A program made the translations under genes and the position numbers. From Chrysemys picta bellii (Eukaryota): 64,000 nucleotides of DNA. Position 1 is the first letter of the stretch. Every line of letters begins with the position of its first letter. The notes beneath the pieces are model-generated. The model searched no databases and was not told where the DNA came from. It worked only from the letters and a program-made list of their open reading frames with translations. Of the stretch, positions 54,712-64,000 are shown piece after piece. Location of the stretch: assembly GCF_011386835.1 (NCBI RefSeq), contig NC_088809.1, forward strand, positions 6,386,001 through 6,450,000, written 5' to 3'.

Positions 54712-57700
54712 AACATGTTGTGTACTTCTATAGCACTATTCAACAAGGGATCAAACATTACTTTACAAACATTATGTCCCAAGATCTCTGGGAGGTGGAC
54801 AACTACTATCCCACCCACTTTGCAAATGAGGCTTGTCCAAGTCCACAGAGCAAGTCGATGACAAAATTATGTCTAGAAGAACCCCAGAGTCCTAACTTCC
54901 AGTGGTGTGTTTAGCCAGCAGAAACCACTTCCTCCCCATTTAAAAATTTAATTAGATATCAATTTCATCCCCAATTATTTATTGAACACAAACTCCATTT
55001 GACCTGACAGGTGGATCAAAAAGGGCTTTGTCTAGCAAGCAGGACAACTGTGGATATATTTAATACACTCATAAAATGGTGAGATTGAGGCAGAACTCTG
55101 AAATCCTCATTTCCATTTAACCTGTGCATTTATTACACAACAACATACACTGGTAGGAACTCATTAGCTGCAACAAACCCTTTTTAGCAATAAAGAAATG
55201 TATTAGACAATCAAATTAGTGTTTTCGTAAAATGAAAAGCATTGTAACCAAAATCCCACATTTGAAAACAAAACAGATACAGCAAGAGCTCATGATTTTA
55301 AGCTCTCACTCAGCCACACCTATGTCCATCAACATTAAGGGGCTTAAGCAAGTTAAGCCTTGATTTGTTTTAGTGGTGAATACTACATATAATCTAGAAT
55401 AGGACTTTCTTCAGATATTCAGATCATGCGATCTCAAACTACGAGAGAGATGCGTTTTAACTAGTAAACCCAAATTATTAAAATCCTCTTTGTTCTGTGG
55501 GTAAGCAATACATTAATTATCATTGGCCACGCTAAAAAAGATTTTAAAAAAGCTGAAACAAATGTAATGATAGAGTTTATCCATGAGCGTTAGCCCAAAA
55601 TGGATCTGACATGCGGCATTCAGTGACTTGTATATAATCGGAAACAAAGAACTAAGGATTCTGTTAATATAATACTACTTTCAAAGAACGCAGACCTGAT
55701 CAGACATCAGTGGATGAGTCAAGACTCCAGATCTATTACTAAAAACTATGACTCTGGGGGAAGGCGCTTACATGCCTCAAGTTTCTTCTCACTTCAGAAA
55801 ATGAGGATATCTGCCTACTTTAGAAAAGTGCTGTCATGCTGAACACTTGTAAAAGACTTCGGCTTTATTTTCACTGGGGTAATGGAGGTGTTGTTAACTC
55901 AAGTTAGCTAATGCAAGGTGGATTTTACCTGCCATTTCACTCTGAATCTCACTCATCGTTAGATTATCAAGTTTAAGATAGCTAACAGATCCCCTCCTCC
56001 CTTCATTGTTTTAAGACCCTCACAAAGCCCAGAGTTAAGAAGAGTAGCAGTTTTAACTCAATTTCCTTGCTTTAACCACTTTAAAAAAAATCAGGCTTTT
56101 CATAACCCTAATGCAGAATGGATGTTTTTAAAACACCAATACAGTGTTTTTTGTTTTTCTTACACTAAATAAAAGGTTCAGGAGTAGTCAGGTATGCACT
56201 TTTATTTCCAAAATAAGGACTTAGTACAAATTGTTTCAGTGTTAATTCCAAAGCGAGGGTCAAGCCAAGACGAAGATTACTAAAATATAAAGATGTACAT
56301 TTCTTTTTCATCCTGACAAACGTAAACTAAAGACATAACAGGTTGTTACAGGTGTGTCTACAACCACAACACCAGATGGTCAGACAAACGATCCTAACTT
56401 TCTCTGTTTGTTTGTGGTTTGGTTTGTTTTTTTAAGTACGAAGCTGTATCCACCACTGACTACACAACTATTCTCATGTGGCCCATTCCCTAGCTAACTC
56501 TTGAGCTGCAGCTAGTTGCCTTAAAGGATACACTGCAATAAAACAGCTGTGTTAGATCAGTGGTGATTCGCACAGTAATTTCAGATTTTCTGTAGTGTAT
56601 AGAAGCCAGGTGCTGACACAAACCTAACCACACCTGATCTAGTGATCTGGAACTGAGGCTTAAGTTCAGTATTTGTTTCAGTGGGATCACAGGTCCCAAC
56701 AGGACTTCAAAAGCCTGCCACTGAGTATTATCTCAACCCAGCAACATGCATCTTTCAAGCTTTTTTTCCCCCTTTCATTAAGTGTACATGTGAAATGTAA
56801 GACCAAGTTTCCTTTTGACAAAACAAGTCCAGTGCACTGTGTTTATACCAGACTCCAATATTCCAGATCATCCAATATGGTGGACAAAAGCTATTTTTCC
56901 TAAATCAGATGCACTGAGAGCACATGCGACTTTATCAGTTAAAAGCCACAATGCATTGTTTGTTCTGGACAGTATTAGGTTTTCTCCCTGTCCAAAATGC
57001 TCCAACAGCTTCCCAAGCCCCTGGTTCCAACTGCTGCTATCCCTCATTCAAAATACTGCCAGGGCTCCCAAATGTTCCTTGCGTCTTCCCTCCTCTTCCC
57101 TACCTGGCCATTGAGAAAGAGCCTTCGCTCAATTACGCTATCTTAAGAAGTTTACATAATCTGTTTTAAAAACACACACAATGCATACCAGGGGTCTTAG
57201 TAATGTTCCTTTAAGATTGAGGGACTCTCAGTAGGATTTTTTATAAACAGGGATTTTTCTGACAGTTCGAGGACTATTGCAAGGCAAGATCAAGATGACC
57301 CAACTATAAAGGCAAAGTTGTACATCATTAAGTTGACGAATTATTGCCCACTTTATTGTGCACTAAGTTGAGAGTGATCAAAAGAGGAATATTGAGATGA
57401 GACAACACCACCACACAATTGCATTCACCACTCAGAATTATACCCGCACGGCCTGTAAACAACAATCTCTCCTACATGTTCGGCAACAGAGGAACAATGA
57501 GAAACTGCTGTTATGTCCAAGTAATGTAATTCAACAATAGTTTTCTCGCTTCATTGGATCTATACTCCAACATTTACATTTAAATCATACAATTATATTC
57601 TCAGTGTCAGCGTCCGACTACAACATAGCTGCAACTGTGCACTAACACCATCACCTGCCTAATAGTTATAGACTCAGATACCTCTTCCTGCACAGTATCA

Positions 57701-58506
57701 ATTTGTTTTAAAAGGAGTTAGATTTTGGGATGTCCTTAACAACAGAAGACAAATGTGCTAACATGCACTAATACTTTTGGCACAGACAGGCCCCAAATTA
57801 GAAGTGTGTAAACTGGTTAACAGTGATAACAAATCTTCACCAGCCTTTTTATATACAAGGCTACATACAGTACTCTACAATAATGGTCCAGAGCAATTTA
57901 GGAACACTATTTTGAACCATTACGGTGAAGAATTTTAAATGGGCAAGTTGAAAACCTGTTTGGAGACATGTTAAGACAGGTGCCTACTCTTTCCACCTGT
58001 GAAAATCCTTCAGGGCTTGACAAGCTAGAAATTTACGCATTACTAGTAGTTGGTACTAAACCGGTGTCACAAATACAAATACCCCACCCTAACTGACAAA
58101 ACAGACACCACCTTGGAGTTTGTATTACAAAGGAGTGCAGCCAGCCCAGTGTGCACAATAGTGGGGAAAAGAGAATTTTTGAACAAGAACAAGAGAACAA
58201 AGCCCTTCTCTTGAAGAAAGGACCTTGTGGTTATTTTGTTTTGTTTTCCATTCAGACTAAAACAGGATCTCATTGTTTAAGGTCTCCTCCAAAAGGCTCA
58301 GACAGCAGACTGCATGGAACTCAACCCACCTACCTTAGAAAGCGTGGAATCAGATCAGTCTGATCACTCTGTCAGGAATGGAACAGCTCATTCCAGGGAA
58401 TGCAAGTGTTCTAAGCCTGCCATTAAACTACACGTAAGCTAGTTGTAGTCACTGTGTAGCAAGAGATTTAATAAAACAACAAGATGGTAAGTATTGTTTT
58501 AATTCT

Positions 58507-58537
<31 letters not shown>

Positions 58538-58538
58538 C
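58507..58538. repeat. (AC)n microsatellite
   Basis: Directly visible, one interruption. Confidence 0.9.
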
Positions 58539-58924
58539 CAAGCCCTTCTTCCTTCCACACAAAAATATCACTAAAACCCTACATAAATTGTGGAGCAGTT
58601 TTTGTTTGTTTTTTAAATGGGCAAAACAGTGTTAGAAAAACTAATAAGGTTACTACAGTTGTGCAATTACATGGTAGAGTATTAAAAAAAAAAAAAACTT
58701 TTGTTTCTGGTCTCCCCATGCTGGTTTTCTGACCCTCTTTCCTCATCGATCAACAAAGCTTTTGCTACACACCGAAGCAGTTTTATAATCCAATTTAATG
58801 CTCCTCTCTCTCAGCTTTACTCTGCCCACAAAACAAAGACAGATCCCTCTTGCAGGACATTGGTCATCAGCTTGGAAATATCGGAGTCAATGGCTTATTG
58901 GCGGTAACCATGGACAGTCACTCA

Positions 58925-59150
58925 GGGTATGCGTACGCTACAAACACTACAGCGGCAGCCACACTGCTACAGTGTAGTTGCTTCCTACGTTGCCAGGAAA
59001 GGTTTTTCCCACCACTGTAGTTAATCCACCTCTCCAAGAGGCTAGATTGCTGGTAGAAGTCTTCCATCAACCTAGCTTTGTCTACATTGGAGTTAATGAA
59101 AACTTCAAGTTTTCGTGCACCTGCAGCAAAAGCTAGCAAGTTTGTGCTCC
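58925..59150. mobile_element. Degenerate Harbinger-like MITE
   Basis: Starts GGGTATGCGTACGCT; body resembles the 54434-54711 copy; right end eroded. Confidence 0.45.
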
Positions 59151-59429
59151 AGAAATCAGGGAGGAAGGCTTACTGCAAAACTTACAGAGAAGTTACAGAA
59201 CTACCAGCAAAAGACAGTGCCCTGCCTTAAGCTGTCCTCGAAAACTGTTTAGAACAGTCATATATCAGAAGCTCTGTTTGGTACTCACCAGTTGTTGCTC
59301 ATAGCATTTCCTACATCACGTCAATAATTTTGTTTTTATGGGGGGGGGGGGTTGCACGTGCTACGAAAACCACCTTTGGTTACCACACTCAGCAGGGAGA
59401 CAACTAGAAAACAAGCTCATTATCTTTTT

Positions 59430-60220
59430 CCTCCATGCTCTCTCCCCATTGTTTGGGTCCATATGACCACCCTACTTCCTGTCATGCAAGCCCATAATCT
59501 GGGGGTCAGCTGCCACTCCTCTCTTTTCCCTAATATCCAGGCTTTGATCAAGTTCTGCTGTTTCTTCCTCTACAATAGCTCTAAAATCCACTCCTTCCTT
59601 TCTGCCCCAACAGCCACTTTTCCCCACACATCCCACTCCAACTATGGCAACCTGTTCTTTCAGGATCTTTCCAATACTTATCTTACCCCTGAAAACCCTG
59701 CTCTGTCCAAAATGTTTTTGCAAAAAGTCTCAACTGTTACTTCAACCATGTCATTCCCTTTGAATCACTTCATTGGCTCCCTGCTGTGTTGTGCATGGAA
59801 TCCTACTTTATCCTCGACTTCAAGGCCCAATATTCATAGTGCTCCTGCCTACAACTTTGACCTGTTCTCATTGTGTGTTCCCTCTCCCTGCCAGCCTTCA
59901 TACTCCCTTTGTCTTCATGCTTTTCTTCCATGCTGTCCCATATGCATAAAGGGTCCCCAGACTAATCAATAAGCCACAACCCTCACCACATTTAAAATCC
60001 TTGTGAAATTTACTTCTGCAGTCTCACCTACTAGATGTGTAAGGAAACATCACATGCATGATAATATCATCACCTACATCTTTCCCTCTTCTCTTGCATA
60101 ATTAGGACACTCACTTATGTCATGCTGTATTGTTAGGGCAGAGACTGTGCTCTTTGTTTTGGAATGTACTGAGAATATTCCCAGATACTCAAATAGTAAA
60201 ACAAGTAACAAATAATAATC
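59430..60220 (+). mobile_element. L2 LINE 3' portion
   Basis: ORF text AHNLGV...IQALIKFCCFFLYNSSKIHSFLS resembles the L2 ORF2 C-terminal region; ends in an L2-type tail with AATAATAAT. Confidence 0.7.
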
Positions 60221-60337
60221 CCAGTTGCAGCAGCCATGCTTTGAATCCTCCCATCAGCAATCAATGGGCAGAACTGGAGACGGGGCAATTAAGGAAAAAT
60301 GTCTGCCAGGTCCTTTTGAAGGGACCCATTTGGTACT

Positions 60338-60460
60338 AAAAAGAACAGGAGTACTTGTGGCACCTTAGAGACTAACAAATTTGTTAGTCTCTAAGGTGCC
60401 ACAAGTACTCCTGTTCTTTTTGCGGATACAGACTAACACAGCTGCTACTCTGAAACCTGT
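60338..60460. mobile_element. Penelope-like element remnant forming an 84-bp perfect palindrome
   Basis: 60338-60421 pairs base by base about AAA|TTT (60379/60380). Arm motif GAACAGGAGTACTTGTGGCACCTTAGAGACTAAC and tail GCGGATACAGACTAACACAGCTGCTACTCTGAAAC recognised as reptile Penelope termini. Direct repeat CATTTGGTACTAAAA at 60327-60341 and 60461-60475. Confidence 0.7.
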
Positions 60461-61328
60461 CATTTGGTACTAAAAGAAGTTCCCCCTTCGTCTCAGGGCA
60501 TTCCAGGTAAGGAAAGCCTGGAGGTGATCACATGCATAACTCCATAAAATACCAAGATCTACAGAACAGATTTAGCAGGGGTTCCAACTTGCATTGTTAG
60601 CAAGGCAACACACAGCTTCACAATCACCCTCTCCTCTTTTATCCAAAGTCTTTATCTAGTGCCTTTCTATCCATCACAATGTCTCCTCACAGCATGGGGT
60701 CCTTTCCCTTCCCCAAATAATCTTTACCAAACGTCTTGATCGAACCAGAAAACCATTTTTCCCCCGGAAACATATTTGCAGTCTCTCCACATGTAGACTG
60801 AAACGATTATAATGATGAAGTTGGCGTCCTGTTTCCAGCAGCAATGGAGGGAAACTTTGCAACCATATAACTCACCAGTATGTTAAAAAAAAAAAAAAAG
60901 GAGAGGAGTCGAAAGTGAAGAAAGAAAGAGATAGCTGAAACCGGGGTGTTTCCCCCATTCTCAATAATAGTGCATGGAGAAACTTGGTGGTGTCTTGTTC
61001 CCAGTGCAGGATGATACTGACCTGTTTCCAAAGGGGGAGAGGGGGAAGAGACAGGTGCTGCCCTTTTACCCCGGGTCGAGGGTGCAAATTGGAGGGAACA
61101 GGGGGAAAGTAGCAGGCAGAGAAGTAAAAAGGCGATTATCCTGCTCCTTAAAGGGGGGGTGGAGAGAGGAGAGGCGATCACTGCCCAACCAATTCCCAAA
61201 TGGGAGGGGCAGGGGGAGAAGCGGGAAGGGGGGAGGCTGCCGCCCTGATAACAGTTCGGAGGGGCGACGAAGATTAGGAGCAGAAGCGAGGGAGAAGCTG
61301 AACCGATCTGGCAGCGCCTGTAACTTAC

Positions 61329-61791
61329 GCAGCTTTTTCCACATGGCCCGGTGGCAGGCAATGAAGCCTTTGCGCAGGGCCGCGCACACCTCGGCCGGCT
61401 CGGCGGAGCAGAATCCCTTCTGCTTCTTGATGAAACCCCAGAGGTTCTCCCGAGCGAACTGGGCCGCCTCCCGGCCCCCGTGCCCGTCACACACGGCGAA
61501 GAAGGCCACGGAGCGGCGAAGGCACCGGCTGGAGCCGGGGGACGGCTCTTCCTCTTCCGCCGCCTTCGGGCTAGCGCCTCTCCCCCGGCAGCTTGCGGGC
61601 AGGGGGTCGTGCCTGGCCCTGGACTCGGCCGCCCGCTGGCTTCCAGGCCCCGATCCGCCCTTGTAAGCGGGGCCCTCCTCCCCTTCGGCCGGCAGCTCCG
61701 GCTCCACCACGATCTGGGTCACATCCTCCATGTATTTCCTGCCGCCCTGGTCGGAGAACACGCTCACCCCCAGCGAGTACAGACCCTCCAT
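61329..61791 (-). CDS. PPM1D: PPM1D (Wip1, PP2C-delta) coding exon 1
   Basis: ATG at 61791 gives [32 protein letters not shown]...[22 protein letters not shown]...RAMWKKL, matching the PPM1D N-terminus with the PP2C MED and DGHGG motifs. 463 nt, ends CTGC|gtaagt (phase 1). Confidence 0.97.
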
Positions 61792-61936
61792 GGGGGCACC
61801 GGGGTAGAGGCTGGAGCCGCTTCTCCGACAGTAGCAGGCCCCCAAAGAACCAGCGCGGGGTCTCCAGCCGAGCGGCTCTGGCGCGCTCCCCCGCCAGCAA
61901 CTCCAGCCGCGGCCGGTGACTATTGTTTATGTTCGA

Positions 61937-61956
61937 GGCGCTGTTTGGGCATGTCC
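61937..61956 (-). promoter_or_regulatory. p53 response element (one perfect and one degenerate half-site)
   Basis: Minus strand GGACATGCCC AAACAGCGCC. The first decamer fits RRRCWWGYYY exactly; the second has 3 mismatches. 146-165 nt upstream of the ATG. PPM1D is an established p53 target with a 5' UTR element. Confidence 0.7.
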
Positions 61957-62226
61957 GAGACACGGAACGCGGCGCTCATGTAACAATCCCCGATGGAACC
62001 CGCAGGACCTGAGCGTTCCGAGGCGCAGCGCCCCCTGCCGCACGCCAGGGCTCACTGTACCTCCAGCGTCACCGTTCGAAACAGCGCCCCCTGCGCCCGT
62101 CCGCGAGTCGGGCCTTGCAACAACCCTCTGCAGCGCACAGCGCGGTAACCAGCAGTGGCCCCCGCAGGCGCGGGCAGGGCGTTAAAAGCTTCTGCTGGTC
62201 CTAGGTCCACTTCAGAGGCTTCTCTA

Positions 62227-62346
62227 TAGGGGGACCATCGACCAGTTAACAAGTGTAAAAAATGGGGGTGGGCATAGGCCCCTGTACAAGACAAAACCTC
62301 AACTATTGGGATTGTCCCTATAAAATTGGGACATCAGATCACCCTA
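62227..62346. mobile_element. Short hAT-type MITE (TAGGGTGACC-type TIR)
   Basis: TAGGGGGACCA ... GATCACCCTA termini; TSD CTTCTCTA / GTTCTCTA (7/8). Confidence 0.75.
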
Positions 62347-62668
62347 GTTCTCTATTAAGACTTAACTTTTAATTTAACTGGAGATTGCTATAGTACCATA
62401 AATGTACAGGCACTTTACAAGGAGGGAGTACAGCTTTATTCAATAGGGTGCCAGCTACCAAGCCAAAGTCCTGAAACTTACCCCTTGCCATAGCTATCTT
62501 TAAAAACCTTTCACTCTAGTCCCTGATGGCTTTACCTCACCTCACCTCACCTTGAAGACTGACTCAGCCTTGCTATCGCAGCAGCAGCTCCTACAGGGCC
62601 CATGGAATAGGGTCCTGAAGGACAGACAGAACTGCTAGGGCTGGATCCTTGGTTATATAACAGAACAA

Positions 62669-62901
62669 GATCTGTAAAAAGCAACAGAGTGTTCTGTGGC
62701 ACCTTATAGACTAACAGATATATTGGAGCATAAGCTTTCGTGGGTGAATACCCACTTCGTTGGATGCAGGTATTCCACTTCGTCGGAAGTGGGTATTCAC
62801 CCACAAAAGCCTATGCTCCAATACGTCTGTTAGCCTATAAGGTGCCACAGGATTCTTTGTCACTTTTTACAGATCCAGACTAACACGGCTACCCCTCTGA
62901 T
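62669..62901. mobile_element. Second Penelope-like inverted-repeat insertion with hammerhead-like motif
   Basis: Arms 62669-62758 and 62786-62875 (90 nt, about 11 mismatches, 27-nt spacer); tail CAGACTAACACGGCTACCCCTCTGAT; direct repeat ACAGAACAAGAT at 62660-62671 and 62902-62913. Confidence 0.7.
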
Positions 62902-63144
62902 ACAGAACAAGATATGCTCATTGCCAGAAAGAGCTTTATTTAAAACAAATTTGTGCCAGGTACTTTAAAGTCTCACAACGCCGCTAAGAAATACAATAAG
63001 GAACTATGCCCATTTCACAGATGTGTAGGCACAGCAGTTGTTATTAAACATAGATTTTCATTAAGTCTAAACGATGCTTTCTACAACACTTAAAAGACCA
63101 GGTTCCTTGCCTTGGAGCACATCATGGGCATGCAGAGCCAGGAA

Positions 63145-63300
63145 TAAGAACATAGGACTGGAAAGGACCTCCCAGGTCACTGAGTCCAGTCCCTGCTATC
63201 AAACAACCCATCATATAATCCCATTCATAAATTTATCTGTCTCCCTCTTAAAACTAGTTAAGTTGTTTTCCCCAAGTACTATTGAAAGGTTGTTCCAATA
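63145..63300 (-). mobile_element. CR1 LINE 3' end
   Basis: Plus strand CATAGGACTGGAAAGGACCTCCCAGGTCACTGAGTCCAGTCCCTG is the reverse complement of the CR1 3' tail. Confidence 0.7.
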
Positions 63301-63932
63301 TTTATTGGGACAAATCTTGCTCTGATTCTGCACAGTATAATCCTCCCTGAAGTCAAATGGATGAATTGTACAGGTTGTAGATTGTGGCAAATCCTAATTC
63401 CTGTTGCTAGATTTAAAACATGAATTAGAACCAAGCAGACTAACTCCCATTCCTGTGCTCTCTGTATATGCATATAGGTTATTCTGATATTTGTGAAGCT
63501 CACCAAAATAGGGAAAAGTCAAGGGGAATATCTAATTCATTATGATGATTAAAAGAACCAGTGGTTTACGAATTCCAAGATGTTTCTTTTCCCCCCTTTT
63601 CATCCTGATGAGATGTCATTTTGTACTTCCAAATGGAATCCAACATTTCATAATTCGTTGGGATTGTTGCATTCCGGCCAAATTGATTTATGTCTGATGA
63701 CTGGAATTATTTATTAAATATTTTATAATCAAAGCATTTTACCTCATACAGATCATATAACGAAATGAGAGCAGAGTGGGGTTTTTTTTTGTTTGTTTGT
63801 TTGTTTTTGCTGTATAACAGCCACACCCCAAACTTGTAACCGGACACGCACAAAAATCCCAAAACAAATGCTTTAACATATCTTGGGTGTGGAGCTGCTG
63901 AGGATTATGCAGCATGCTAAAGTACATTCCTA

Positions 63933-64000
63933 TAGTAACTCCTCACTTAACATTGTAGTTATGTTCCTGAAAAATGCAACTTTAAGCGAAACGATGTTAA
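63933..64000 (+). mobile_element. Left end of a Tigger-like element (runs off the window)
   Basis: TA|TAGTAACTCCTCACTTAACATTGTAGTTATGTTCCTGAAAAATGC; resembles a CAGTAACTCCTCACTTAAC-type TIR. Confidence 0.55.

Larger units (their letters stand above)
61250..62200 (-). promoter_or_regulatory. CpG island / promoter, 5' UTR and exon 1 of PPM1D
   Basis: High GC and dense CpG against an AT-rich, CpG-depleted background; spans the start codon. TGACGCT half-CRE on the minus strand at 62065-62071. Confidence 0.85.

Noticed and set aside
59352-59972. 206-aa ORF
   Set aside because: Decayed L2 ORF2 C-terminal region; no RT core, not autonomous.
61792-61845. 18-aa N-terminal extension of PPM1D shown in the ORF track
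   Set aside because: The track start is TTG, not ATG, and homology begins at ATG 61791. Near-cognate initiation cannot be excluded but has no support.
60807-61983. 200-230-aa ORFs overlapping PPM1D exon 1 on both strands
   Set aside because: Shadow frames of a GC-rich CpG island and real exon; no recognisable protein.

Overview
Vertebrate genomic DNA, most likely a hidden-necked (cryptodiran) turtle; this is inferred from the repeat content (tRNA-head/CR1-tail SINE, hAT, Harbinger-like and Tigger-like MITEs, Penelope-like hairpins, CR1, L2, MIR). Two genes lie in tandem on the minus strand. PPM1D (Wip1 phosphatase) is complete: 6 coding exons, ATG at 61791, TGA at 24720, 1806 nt, 601 aa, all introns GT-AG. 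BCAS3 is represented by its 5' end: CpG-island promoter at about 17.0-17.9 kb, a probable non-coding exon 1 and coding exons 2-5 (103 codons), continuing beyond the left edge. The rest is intron, UTR and transposon debris; most short ORFs in the supplied track are spurious. I found no new multi-gene system. The best leads are regulatory: (1) a candidate 111-nt stop-containing exon in PPM1D intron 5 adding 10 residues, paralleling human PPM1D430; (2) a p53 response element whose core is also the ATG of an upstream ORF; (3) a Penelope-like fold-back with a degenerate minimal hammerhead ribozyme upstream of PPM1D, and an 84-bp perfect palindrome in intron 1; (4) a bidirectional-looking BCAS3 promoter; (5) a recursive-splice-like AG|GT site. 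Family names and orthology are from recognition by eye, not database searches.
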